DNA of 64,000 bases from NCBI GenBank assembly GCA_947646415.1, contig CANSGN010000004.1:3743-67742 (forward strand). Direction: 5' to 3'. The notes beneath the pieces were generated by a model. That model ran no database searches. It was not told the origin of the DNA and saw only the letters and a list, made by a program, of their open reading frames with translations. The position numbers were made by a program, and so were the translations under genes. This document shows, piece after piece, positions 44,708 to 55,177 of this stretch. The number at the start of each line of letters is the position of its first letter. Position 1 is the stretch's first letter. This DNA is from an uncultured Clostridia bacterium. GTDB lineage: Bacteria > Bacillota > Clostridia > Christensenellales > UBA3700.

Positions 44708-44796
44708 TGGCGGAAGCGATGAGATTCGAACTCATGTATCCTGTTGGATAACCGCATTTCGAGTGCGGCTCGTTATGACCACTTCGATACGCTTCC
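44708..44796 (-). tRNA. tRNA-Ser (anticodon CGA)
   Basis: 89-nt cloverleaf folded by hand. Acceptor GGAAGCG/CGCTTCC, 3-bp D stem, anticodon loop CTCGAAA, long variable arm TATCC/GGATA, T loop TTCGAAT, encoded CCA. Confidence 0.9.
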
Positions 44797-45012
44797 ATGT
44801 AATTTACTTAACAAGTATATCACATAAAATTTATAAATGCAAGTAAACTGCTTAAATAACATTATGCAATTTACTGTTTTAGTGCAATTTTTTAACTTTA
44901 AAACACGTTATTTAACAATTTTTAATTAATTTTTTAGTTATGTAATAACTATGGCAAAAAATAAAGCGTTAGCATCGCCACGCTTTATTTTTATCTATAT
45001 ACTTTATGAATA

Positions 45013-46074
45013 TCAAGGTTTTTCCCTACCGCCACCTATCGGAGTAAGTTTTCCCCAAGTTAAAGGTCCGACAATACCATCTGCTGCCAAGCCGTTTTCT
45101 TGTTGGAATTGCCTTACAGCATTTTCGGTATTTGCACCAAATATTCCGTCAGCAGTACCCGCAGGATAAAGCTTTGCGACCAATTTTTGTTGCAAATAAC
45201 GCACATAAACACCTCGACTGCCTCGTCTTAATAATGGTAAACTATCCTGCATCATAAGTGTACGCCATGTGTTTCTACCGACAATTCCGTCTACCGCTAA
45301 GCTGTTATCTTGTTGAAATTTTCTTACAGCGTTTTGAGTACCGCTTCCAAAAATTCCGTCAACAGTCAAACTATTGCCATATAAATTCAAATAGCATTGC
45401 AAAAATTTAACGATATTTCCTCTATTACCATACCTTAATGTAGGCATTTGCAAATAGCTCATATCTGCTATATAATTAACTTTTAAGTTGTTCGAAACAC
45501 CAATCGCACCACCGTTACCGCAAGCTTTTTGAAAATCGGGGTCCATCATAAGTTTTGCCTCGTTAAAATTAGTCATAAACCCACATTCAGTAACAACGGC
45601 AGGACAATTTACACTGCCCAACATACCTATTCTGCTTAAAGTACCAATACCTAAATTACGTGTAGTTAACTCCTCATCCAATCCTGCGGAAACATCGTAA
45701 GCAAGCAATTTGCTTAAAGCCTCAAATCTATTTTCGTCCGAATAAAAAACCAAATACCCATTTGTTTGATTAAATGCCAAATCATTACCATAAGCGTTGT
45801 ACGCATAAGTAACCAAACAGGTTAAATTTTGTCTATTTGTCCTTATAACCCTTTGGTTGATAGATATGTCGTTTAATTCCGGCTTGACATCGTATACATT
45901 AAAACCTGTGCGTAAACACGCAATCAAAAAATAGTATTTTGCAGGTCTGTTAAATTCATTTTCGTAAAAACTTCTATTGACATACGGCATTATCGGTGTA
46001 CGCTTGCCTGCTGTAGGCGGGTTTACACCATGTTCATCATTAGCTCCTATGTAAAAATTTTCTGCATAAGCCAT
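45013..46074 (-). CDS. N-acetylmuramoyl-L-alanine amidase (Amidase_3-like) with two C-terminal PG_binding_1 repeats, no signal peptide
   Basis: 353 aa. C-terminal tandem repeats (TVDGIFGSGTQNAVRKFQQDNSLAVDGIVGRNTW; TADGIFGANTENAVRQFQQENGLAADGIVGPLTW). N-terminal domain has an ECGFMTNFNEAKLM motif of the MurNAc-LAA type. Confidence 0.7.
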   Translation of the reverse strand: MAYAENFYIGANDEHGVNPPTAGKRTPIMPYVNRSFYENEFNRPAKYYFLIACLRTGFNVYDVKPELNDISINQRVIRTNRQNLTCLVTYAYNAYGNDLAFNQTNGYLVFYSDENRFEALSKLLAYDVSAGLDEELTTRNLGIGTLSRIGMLGSVNCPAVVTECGFMTNFNEAKLMMDPDFQKACGNGGAIGVSNNLKVNYIADMSYLQMPTLRYGNRGNIVKFLQCYLNLYGNSLTVDGIFGSGTQNAVRKFQQDNSLAVDGIVGRNTWRTLMMQDSLPLLRRGSRGVYVRYLQQKLVAKLYPAGTADGIFGANTENAVRQFQQENGLAADGIVGPLTWGKLTPIGGGREKP

Positions 46075-46398
46075 TGCAAAAATCCCTCCGATTTAATTTC
46101 ATTATCATTTTATGCTTAAAATTTTTTACGTGTGAAAATAGATAATTTGTTGCTACAACACATAATTTAACTTGAAATTATTTTAAAAATCCTTCAAAAA
46201 AGTTATATTTAAAGTCAAATAAATTTAAAAATTTGTAAAGCAAATAAACAACAAAATTTATTTTTAATTATACAAAAATTAATGCTTTTAAATTTTACAA
46301 AAAATATCAAATATTGTGCAATTTAAAAAAGACTTTACAAATAAAAAATTAAAAACCGTACCAATATTAAAATTCTTGTAAAATATACAAAAAATGTT

Positions 46399-46427
46399 TT
46401 GACAAACCTAAATTTTTATGTTATTAT
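46399..46427 (+). promoter_or_regulatory. Sigma-A type promoter for tRNA-Ser(GCU)
   Basis: TTGACA (46399..46404), 17-nt spacer, TATTAT (46422..46427), 11 nt before the tRNA 5' end. Confidence 0.5.
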
Positions 46428-46438
46428 AAGTAGGCAAT

Positions 46439-46529
46439 GGAGAAATACCCAAGAGGCCGAAGGGGCTCCCCTGCTAAGGGAGTAGTACGGGTAACCGTAG
46501 CGAGGGTTCAAATCCCTCTTTCTCCGCCA
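46439..46529 (+). tRNA. tRNA-Ser (anticodon GCU)
   Basis: 91-nt cloverleaf folded by hand. Acceptor GGAGAAA/TTTCTCC, anticodon loop CTGCTAA, long variable arm TACGG/CCGTA, T loop TTCAAAT, encoded CCA. Hairpin plus T-run terminator at about 46591..46620. Confidence 0.9.
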
Positions 46530-46772
46530 ATATCATAAGTTTTATTTCATCACTGCTTTTTACATCTCGGCTTAAATTTGTGATATGCCTTTAAACAAGG
46601 GTTTTACCCTTGTTTTTTTATTTTGCTTATAACAAAACTCCTTTTTATCACTTATTCCCTTTTAACAAAATTTATTAATGTAAATGAGATTAAAAAATTT
46701 CCATTGCTTTTTAATTTGTAAAATGATATAATTAATTTGTATAACAATATAGAAGACAACAAAGGAAATAAT

Positions 46773-47777
46773 ATGTACGATGTTATTGTAATAGGCGCAG
46801 GTCCCTGTGGTTGTGCAACCGCAATTACCATTGCCAAAAGTGGGCTTAAAGTTTTGCTATTGGAAAAAAGTAAATTACCTAGATACAAAAGTTGCTCAGG
46901 AGTATTAATTGAAAAGTCGTTAAATTTTATAGAAAAACACTTTGGAGTTAGAGTCCCTAAAACAGTTACTTGCACTCCAATAGACAACCATGGCATGATT
47001 TTTACCGACGATATTGGCAAAGAATATAGATTTGAGAGTCGCGGTTTAAATATATGGCGTGACAAATTTGACTATTGGCTTGCATCACTTGCAAAAGAAA
47101 GCGGTGTGCAAATAAAGGACGAGTGTGCAGTAACAGACATAAAAGAAAAAGACGAGCAAGTTTGCGTAAATTTAAAGGACAATACGGAATATGCAAAGTT
47201 TGCAGTAGACTGCTCGGGTGCTGTTGGTATTGGTAAGCAATGTGAAAATAACATAATAACCTATCAAACATATAATACAGGAAAAATCAATTTGGATTTT
47301 CACTATTTTTATGCCTATTTACAGCCAGAATTATCCGGATACGATGCTTGGTTTAATGTAAAAGACGATATGCTTGTACTAGGCATATCTACAACAAACG
47401 CAAATGAAATATCAAGATATTACGATAACTTTATTGCTTATATGACAAAAAATCACGGTCTTGCAATAGATACGCAAATAAAAACGGATAAATGGATAAT
47501 CAGAAATATACAACCAACATTTCACATAGACTACGGCAACGGTCGCATTTTGAAAGCAGGAGAAAATGCAGGCTTTTTAAATCCTATGGGAGAAGGTATT
47601 TCTTGTGCTTTGGAAAGCGGGTACTTTGCTGCTCTTGCAATTATAAAAAACTTTAATAACAAAACAAATGCGATTGAGGATTATAAAAACTATGTATCTT
47701 CAACAAAAAAATATATGGAAAGACAATGGCAACTCGTAGGGCGAATGTCGGAAAAATTTTCTTTAATATTTTCATAA
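46773..47777 (+). CDS. FAD-dependent oxidoreductase (geranylgeranyl-reductase-like family)
   Basis: Start moved to MYDVIVIGAGPCGCATAI (ATG 46773 after AAGGAA). Rossmann GxGxxG dinucleotide motif. About 334 aa. Confidence 0.7.
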   Translation: MYDVIVIGAGPCGCATAITIAKSGLKVLLLEKSKLPRYKSCSGVLIEKSLNFIEKHFGVRVPKTVTCTPIDNHGMIFTDDIGKEYRFESRGLNIWRDKFDYWLASLAKESGVQIKDECAVTDIKEKDEQVCVNLKDNTEYAKFAVDCSGAVGIGKQCENNIITYQTYNTGKINLDFHYFYAYLQPELSGYDAWFNVKDDMLVLGISTTNANEISRYYDNFIAYMTKNHGLAIDTQIKTDKWIIRNIQPTFHIDYGNGRILKAGENAGFLNPMGEGISCALESGYFAALAIIKNFNNKTNAIEDYKNYVSSTKKYMERQWQLVGRMSEKFSLIFS

Positions 47778-48003
47778 AAGTAATGCATAATTAAACTTTT
47801 TATATCAAAGTCAGTAATTAAGACAATGCAAACACCGATATCAACAAGCCATTATTTTATAGTGTTATAAAACATTACCTCAATTAATTATTATATGGTA
47901 AAAATTAATACGTTTTTTGCACACCATTCAACCTTTTAAATTATATAGGTATTTACTTGCGGATTTGATAAAAAAATGTTAAAATCAAATATAGGAGAAA
48001 TTT

Positions 48004-48591
48004 ATGAAATTGGATATATCAAAATTGTTTTGGATAAGGCAACCTGAAAATTTTTTGATTACCGATAACAAAATTGAAATTATCACGTCGCCTAACACCG
48101 ATTTATGGCAAAGGACTTACTACGGTTTTCAAAATGACAATGCCCCTGTACTACAGACGGCAGCAGCTGAAAAATATTTTTCATTTGTAGTAAAGACCGA
48201 GTTTGATAGCAAAACAAGGTTTGACCAATGCGGAATTGTAGTTTATCTTGATAGCGAAAATTGGTTAAAGGCTTCCGTAGAATATGAAAACAACAGTTTT
48301 CAAAGATTGGGAAGTGTTGTAACCAACCACGGATATTCTGATTGGGCAACAACGGATATCCCCGCAGATATCAAGTCTGTTTGGTATAGATTAAGCCGTA
48401 GGGAATCCGATTATTTGATAGAATTTTCATATAACGGAATTGATTTTAAACAAATGCGTATTTGTCATTTGGCAAATGGCGACCAAACAATCAACTTTGG
48501 GATATACGCTTGTTCCCCCGAACAATCTTCCTTTAAAGCAACATTTACACAAATGGAAATAAAAGATTGCGTTTGGAAGAAACATCAATAA
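48004..48591 (+). CDS. DUF1349-like (concanavalin-type beta-sandwich) protein
   Basis: 195 aa. Motif pattern WIRQPENF...TDLWQRTYYGF recalled from the DUF1349 family. RBS AGGAG. Confidence 0.55.
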   Translation: MKLDISKLFWIRQPENFLITDNKIEIITSPNTDLWQRTYYGFQNDNAPVLQTAAAEKYFSFVVKTEFDSKTRFDQCGIVVYLDSENWLKASVEYENNSFQRLGSVVTNHGYSDWATTDIPADIKSVWYRLSRRESDYLIEFSYNGIDFKQMRICHLANGDQTINFGIYACSPEQSSFKATFTQMEIKDCVWKKHQ

Positions 48592-48614
48592 ACTAAGTAA
48601 AATAAGGAGTTAAT

Positions 48615-49445
48615 ATGAGTAAAGCTGACGAAATATTTGTAAAGAATATGAAAGACATTATGGAAAACGGTGTTTGGGATACCGACCTACCCGTTCGTCC
48701 AAAGTGGAGTGACGGAACACCTGCACATACAGTAAAAAAATTCGGAATCGTAAACAGATATGATTTGAGCAAGGAATTTCCTATTTTGACAATAAGAAAA
48801 ACTTATTTTAAGTCTTGCGTGGACGAACTTTTATGGATATGGCAAAAAAAGAGTAACAACATAAAAGATTTAAAGTCAAAAATTTGGAATCAATGGGCAG
48901 ACGAAAACGGCTCTATCGGCAAAGCTTACGGCTATCAATTAGGGGTTAAACATATCTACCGCGAGGGCGAATTTGACCAAGTTGACAGAGTGCTTTTTGA
49001 TTTAAAAAACAATCCGTCTAGCCGTAGAATAATGACCAATATTTACAATTTTGCAGATTTACACGAAATGAACTTGTATCCTTGTGCATATTCGATGACT
49101 TTCAATGTTTCGGGCGATACTTTAAATGGTATACTTAATCAACGCTCCAACGATATGCTGACCGCAAATAATTGGAATGTCGTTCAGTATGCTATACTAA
49201 TGATAATGTTTGCACAAGTATCGGGCTTAAAAGTCGGAGAGCTTGTTCACGTTATTGCAGATGCTCATATTTACGATAGACATATACCTATGGTAGAAGA
49301 AATAATAAATGAAAAGCAATTTACTGCCCCAAAATTGGAAGTTGATACAAGCATTACAAATTTTTATGACTTTACTGTAGATAGTTTTAAACTTGTGGAC
49401 TACAAATGCAATGACAAAAAATTTGACATTCCGGTTGCGGAATAG
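48615..49445 (+). CDS. thyA: Thymidylate synthase
   Basis: 276 aa. Classic ThyA motifs (ELLWIWQ, SRRIMTNIYN, active-site LYPCAY, NQRSNDM). Confidence 0.95.
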   Translation: MSKADEIFVKNMKDIMENGVWDTDLPVRPKWSDGTPAHTVKKFGIVNRYDLSKEFPILTIRKTYFKSCVDELLWIWQKKSNNIKDLKSKIWNQWADENGSIGKAYGYQLGVKHIYREGEFDQVDRVLFDLKNNPSSRRIMTNIYNFADLHEMNLYPCAYSMTFNVSGDTLNGILNQRSNDMLTANNWNVVQYAILMIMFAQVSGLKVGELVHVIADAHIYDRHIPMVEEIINEKQFTAPKLEVDTSITNFYDFTVDSFKLVDYKCNDKKFDIPVAE

Positions 49446-49453
49446 GAGTTTAA

Positions 49454-49963
49454 ATGAAAGCAATTTTACACGCAGATAAACAATGGGGGATAGGCAAAAA
49501 TAATGATTTAATGTTTTCTATCCCGCTAGATATGAAATTTTTTCGTGAAACAACATTAAATAAAATTGTTGTTATGGGAAATAACACTTTAAAATCTTTC
49601 CCCAACGGCAAACCTCTTAAAAACAGGATAAATATTGTTTTGTCACGTAGCGAAAATACTCGCGACGACTGTATTTTTGTAAAATCTTTAGACCAATTAT
49701 TTGAAGTTTTAGGCGAATATAACTCCGATGACATTTATATAATAGGCGGCTCAAGCATTTACAAAATGCTACTGCCTTATTGCAGCGAAGTTTTGGTAAC
49801 AAAAGTTGATGCAGTGGGTGGCGCGGATACTTTTTTTGAAAACCTTGACGAAAATAATGAGTTTGAATTGATTTATGAAAGCGAGCCTATAGTTACCAAC
49901 GGCTACACGATACAATTTACCGCTTACAAAAATACTAATACCTTAAGTTACGGTCAAAACTAA
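49454..49963 (+). CDS. folA: Dihydrofolate reductase
   Basis: 169 aa. GIGKNNDLMFSIPLDMKFFRETT and IIGGSSIY motifs. Immediately follows thyA. Confidence 0.9.
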   Translation: MKAILHADKQWGIGKNNDLMFSIPLDMKFFRETTLNKIVVMGNNTLKSFPNGKPLKNRINIVLSRSENTRDDCIFVKSLDQLFEVLGEYNSDDIYIIGGSSIYKMLLPYCSEVLVTKVDAVGGADTFFENLDENNEFELIYESEPIVTNGYTIQFTAYKNTNTLSYGQN

Positions 49964-49964
49964 A

Positions 49965-50417
49965 ATGCAACCAAACATTTATAAAGTATCCGATAAGCTA
50001 CAATATAAAGATTTACTTTTACTTGCCGACGAACAATGGGAAATGGTAGAAAAATATATACACAACAGTACCATGTACATCCTAGACGATAACGGCATAA
50101 AAGGCGAAATAACTATATTAGATTTGGGGAACGGAGTTTTGGAAATAAAAAATTTAGCTGTACTACCACCCTATCAACATTGCGGATACGGAAAACTTTT
50201 AGTCGAATATGTATGTCAAAAATATAAAGATAGTTTTTTGCAAATACAAGTAGGCACGGGAGATAGTCCTTTGACACTTCCCTTTTACGAAAAGTGTGGT
50301 TTTAAAAAATCGCACATTATAAAAAACTTTTTTACCGATAATTACGACCACCCTATTATCGAAAATGGCAAACTTCTTACCGATATGATTATTTTAACTA
50401 AAAAGCTAAATAATTAA
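49965..50417 (+). CDS. GNAT-family N-acetyltransferase
   Basis: 150 aa. Acetyl-CoA binding motif YQHCGYGKLLVEY. Confidence 0.8.
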   Translation: MQPNIYKVSDKLQYKDLLLLADEQWEMVEKYIHNSTMYILDDNGIKGEITILDLGNGVLEIKNLAVLPPYQHCGYGKLLVEYVCQKYKDSFLQIQVGTGDSPLTLPFYEKCGFKKSHIIKNFFTDNYDHPIIENGKLLTDMIILTKKLNN

Positions 50418-50492
50418 TTTTACTTTACAATTATTTAAAGGAAAAACAGCACTCAATAAATGAGTGCCGTTTTTATTATTTTAAAAAACTTA

Positions 50493-51329
50493 TTATTTAA
50501 TTAATTCCTTTGCCATTCTTACACCCAAATGGAATTTTTTATTTTGACAAATAGTGCTCATAATAGCTTTATCCAAGTCTCTTCCGCTTACATTAAAGGA
50601 TGCTGCAAAATTGTCTTTTGAAATGTGCATATTATATTCCACAATGGTAATTATATGGTTTTTATCTTCGTCGTAGAAAGTCATTGTGTTGTACTCTTCT
50701 ACATTTCCAAGACATTCAAAAAAGCCTTCCCACACATTAGAGATTTGCTCGGTTGTAACAACCACATCCCTACCGCCGTTATCAATAATATCACGAACAA
50801 AACTTCTTTCGTTACAAAACTGAATTCTACTTAAATTTTTGATATAGTCAGAGGTTACTTTTGCATTTTCGATATTGTATTTTTGGAAATAACCATTTAA
50901 TGATTTTACGCTGCTTAGCACATAAAACATACCATGGTACAAATCTCCACCCAAATACTCATCCACAGCACAATGTACCGATTTTGAGCTAAAAGTAGAA
51001 TAATCGCCTACACAAGTAGCTTTCAAATAACTGTTGCAAAGCTCAGTTTGCAAATCGTTCTCGCTACTGCTGATAACATTACCTATTTGAGAAATATCGC
51101 TTTTCATCATATCGTCAAGAGATACATTCATAATGTCTGCAAGAGCAATCCAAACAAGCGGGCTATCAGGAAATCTATCCCCTTTTTCCCACATGCTTAT
51201 GCTTTTATTATTGTAATCTATAGTAAGTCCCATCTCCTTTAGCTTTTCATTAAGAATGTCAGCAAAAACAGATTGAGTTACAGATATAGATTTTCTATAA
51301 AATTTTAGATTCTCTGCAAATTTTAACAT
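50493..51329 (-). CDS. XRE-family HTH transcriptional regulator with ~200-aa uncharacterised C-terminal domain
   Basis: 278 aa. N-terminal Cro/C1-type HTH (LKFYRKSISVTQSVFADILN...ISMWEKGDRFP). Divergent from the 51598..53007 lipoprotein gene. Confidence 0.7.
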   Translation of the reverse strand: MLKFAENLKFYRKSISVTQSVFADILNEKLKEMGLTIDYNNKSISMWEKGDRFPDSPLVWIALADIMNVSLDDMMKSDISQIGNVISSSENDLQTELCNSYLKATCVGDYSTFSSKSVHCAVDEYLGGDLYHGMFYVLSSVKSLNGYFQKYNIENAKVTSDYIKNLSRIQFCNERSFVRDIIDNGGRDVVVTTEQISNVWEGFFECLGNVEEYNTMTFYDEDKNHIITIVEYNMHISKDNFAASFNVSGRDLDKAIMSTICQNKKFHLGVRMAKELIK

Positions 51330-51597
51330 ACTTTACCTCTTTTGAATGCTATATCATTATACATAATAATACTTTTAATGTCAAGGTAATTTATAAATTT
51401 TTTTCCACGAGTTGTAGACAATTTTTCCATTAAAAAACATATATCTACAAAAATCGACACTTATGTATTTTTTTTATAACTATACATTTTAAAGTGGATT
51501 TTATAATAAAGATAATCTGAGTAAAATTTAGCAAACTATTGACTAAACCTAAAATATATTATATAATTATTATAATTATATTCGATTAGGAGAATTT

Positions 51598-53007
51598 ATG
51601 AAAAGTTACACTATCGTTTTAATTGCGCTACTTATGGCATTGGCTATTTTTTTGCCACTTTTGATTACAGGTTGTACAAACAGCAAATATAAAATACAAA
51701 AATATCCGGCAGCAAGAACGAGTTTTGAATATACTGTAATTGACAATTTACATCTTAGCGGAATGGACGAAAACTTACTTTCAAATAATGACAGAGGCTT
51801 TCGCGGAGAAGTATATTATACTTTGGGGACAGAAAAAGCATATCCAGGGGATGAACAAAATCACCTTGATTGCCTTAATGAACAGCTAGAGCTTTACAAA
51901 AATGATAAAATCAACATTTTACAGTGCTATATTTACCTTACCGAATACCGCGACAGAGATTTGGACGAAACTGCTCTATCTCAAATGAAAAACTATTTCG
52001 AAATGCTAAAAAGCAAAAACATACGAATTTTATTAAGATTTGCCTATGAATATACTTCAAGTGCAAACTATGATGCAAGAGATGGGCAAATAATAAAGCA
52101 TTTAAGCCAAATTAAAAACTTTATAAATGATAACAGCAAATTGTTTAATGATGTTGTATACGCTATGCAACTAGGATTAATAGGACTTTGGGGCGAAGGA
52201 CACGGATACCATTATCATCACAATATCAAAAAACTTATAACAAGGCTTTGCGAAACAATACCTGAAGAGATTTATATAATGGTAAGAACACCTGATATTT
52301 TGTCGCAAGTTCCTAAAAAATATGAGCATAGATTTTCTGTACACGATGACTTTTTGGTCGGAATGGATCACAAATGGGGAATGATGAGCTGGAATGACCC
52401 GCAATATCAAGATCTACTTAACAAAAACCAATATGCCATTGCAGACGGCGAAATGCCTTGGGGACGAGATACAACTGTACCTGTGATTGACCCGATTGGC
52501 TTCTTGAAACAGGTTATAGGATACGGGCTTACTTCTCTTAGCATTACTCATAATTATATAGAAGATTTTAAAGACAAAAATGTAGTTTATCATCTTGAAA
52601 AATGGAAATCCGAATACTTGACAAAGTCGCAACTTGACGAAAATAATATCCCATATCTTGATAGTATGCTTGAACAAAATAAAATTTCCATTTATAATTA
52701 TTTGCAATACCATTTGGGATATAATTTAGGGGTAAGCAACCTTTTGCAAACAAACGGCAAAACTTCGTTTATGATAAACAATTTTGGTATCGCCTCTCCT
52801 TTTGAGTACAAACTTGAAATAATGGCAGACGGACATTATATAGAGGTTGAGCAAATCCCGCTTGGAAGATTCGGACAACAAAACATCTCAATAGATAAAA
52901 ATGTAAAAGAAATTAAAATAAGATTTATCCACAGAAGAACAGGCGAAACAATCAAACTTGCAAACAACTTGCCATATCTTGACGGATATAATGTAATCAA
53001 CTTATAA
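51598..53007 (+). CDS. Lipoprotein, glycoside-hydrolase-like (DUF4874/DUF4832-like), paralog 2
   Basis: 469 aa with lipobox ITGCT. Motifs DRGFR, YIYLTEY, LLRFAYEY, IGLWGEG and DGEMPWG are shared with 33524..35026. Confidence 0.6.
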   Translation: MKSYTIVLIALLMALAIFLPLLITGCTNSKYKIQKYPAARTSFEYTVIDNLHLSGMDENLLSNNDRGFRGEVYYTLGTEKAYPGDEQNHLDCLNEQLELYKNDKINILQCYIYLTEYRDRDLDETALSQMKNYFEMLKSKNIRILLRFAYEYTSSANYDARDGQIIKHLSQIKNFINDNSKLFNDVVYAMQLGLIGLWGEGHGYHYHHNIKKLITRLCETIPEEIYIMVRTPDILSQVPKKYEHRFSVHDDFLVGMDHKWGMMSWNDPQYQDLLNKNQYAIADGEMPWGRDTTVPVIDPIGFLKQVIGYGLTSLSITHNYIEDFKDKNVVYHLEKWKSEYLTKSQLDENNIPYLDSMLEQNKISIYNYLQYHLGYNLGVSNLLQTNGKTSFMINNFGIASPFEYKLEIMADGHYIEVEQIPLGRFGQQNISIDKNVKEIKIRFIHRRTGETIKLANNLPYLDGYNVINL

Positions 53008-53032
53008 GATTATAAATAATATATATAAAAAA

Positions 53033-53060
53033 CAAAAAGCACCTTGAAAGGTGCTTTTTG
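53033..53060. terminator. Bidirectional intrinsic terminator
   Basis: 11-bp stem CAAAAAGCACC / GGTGCTTTTTG with an A-run upstream and a T-run downstream, between convergent genes. Confidence 0.7.
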
Positions 53061-53072
53061 TTTTGTTTTAAA

Positions 53073-53654
53073 TTAATGATTTACCTCATTAGTAGATTCT
53101 ACTACTTGTTCAGTTTCGTTCGCTACCTCTTCAGTTGCAACATGCTCTGTTTCTACTTCGCTTGCATTTTCTGCAGCTTTTTTCTCTGCTTTTTCTTTTT
53201 TCTTAGCATCTTTTTTTGCTTGTTTTTCAGCAGCTTTCTCTGCTACTACGGCATCCTCTTCTGCATCATCGGCAGTAACAGCACTAGGTGTTGCGCCTTG
53301 GTCTACAGGAGTTTCTTGCTTTGCAGCGGCTGCTTGCGGAGCATCCGGATTTAGTACTACACCGATAGCGCCTTGGTCCATAACAACGATTACAGGAGCC
53401 TCTTTTGAGCCAACATTTAATTCCATTGTACCATTTTTGCTATCCAAGCTTACAATTTCGCCAACAAAACCACCAATAGTTCTGATTTTTTTGCCTACTC
53501 TAACTGATTGCATCATTTGTTGTGCTTCCTTTTTCCTTTTTCTTTGAGGAATAATAGTAAACAACATCATAACTACAAACAATACACCGATTATAAGGAA
53601 CATATACCATGAGCTGCCGCCACTTGCTGTTCCTTCACATAATAAATTCAACAT
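53073..53654 (-). CDS. yajC: Preprotein translocase subunit YajC with long Ala/Glu/Lys-rich C-terminal tail
   Basis: Start moved to MLNLLCEG (ATG 53654, AAGGAG 6 nt upstream). YajC core FLIIGVLFVVMMLFTIIPQRKRKKEAQQMMQSVRVGKKIRTIGGFVGEIVSL, followed by ~100 aa of low complexity. Confidence 0.8.
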   Translation of the reverse strand: MLNLLCEGTASGGSSWYMFLIIGVLFVVMMLFTIIPQRKRKKEAQQMMQSVRVGKKIRTIGGFVGEIVSLDSKNGTMELNVGSKEAPVIVVMDQGAIGVVLNPDAPQAAAAKQETPVDQGATPSAVTADDAEEDAVVAEKAAEKQAKKDAKKKEKAEKKAAENASEVETEHVATEEVANETEQVVESTNEVNH

Positions 53655-53866
53655 AATAATCTCCTTTTTATTTGCTAAAACATATAAGAAGTTGCAATTT
53701 GGCATTTTAAAGTCACAAAAATAAAGCAACTTCATCCATTTATTAAAATCTCATTTTGTTTTAGCTTATTATACTATATATTAATTAATTTTGCAATGAT
53801 TTAAAATAAAAAAACTTATTTAATCATAAAAAACAATATTTTCGACATTTTTTTAAGCCTTTTTAA

Positions 53867-55003
<1,137 letters not shown>

Positions 55004-55146
55004 CTAAACTTTTGCAAATTTATTTTTTAAAATCTATTTGCTTATATGTTTTAATTTTTCTTTTTTGTTTATTTGACAACTAATTTTATTTATTATTAAC
55101 AAATTATTTTTTGACATAGCTTTATAATCTTACTCATCTTTATACA

Positions 55147-55166
55147 TTAGTACCGATTTTCAAAGG
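55147..55166 (-). repeat. Dispersed intergenic motif, copy e (best match)
   Basis: Plus strand TTAGTACCGATTTTCAAAGG, 11 nt past the queA stop. Confidence 0.5.
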
Positions 55167-55177
55167 CTTTTTGTCAA

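Noticed and set aside
46439-53060. Plus-strand gene block after tRNA-Ser(GCU), considered as an integrated genomic island
   Set aside because: I could find no integrase and no direct repeat of the tRNA 3' end. The contents include core genes (thyA, folA). A strand switch alone is insufficient evidence.
55147-55166. Explaining the dispersed CCTTTGAAAATCGGTACTAA motif as a CcpA cre site, a CodY box, a SigD -10 or an ordinary promoter
   Set aside because: The central CG of cre is offset by one position and the motif is not palindromic. The CodY similarity covers only the first half, while the invariant CGGTACTAA half is unexplained. Both orientations occur relative to downstream genes, and in two cases a terminator separates the motif from the next gene.
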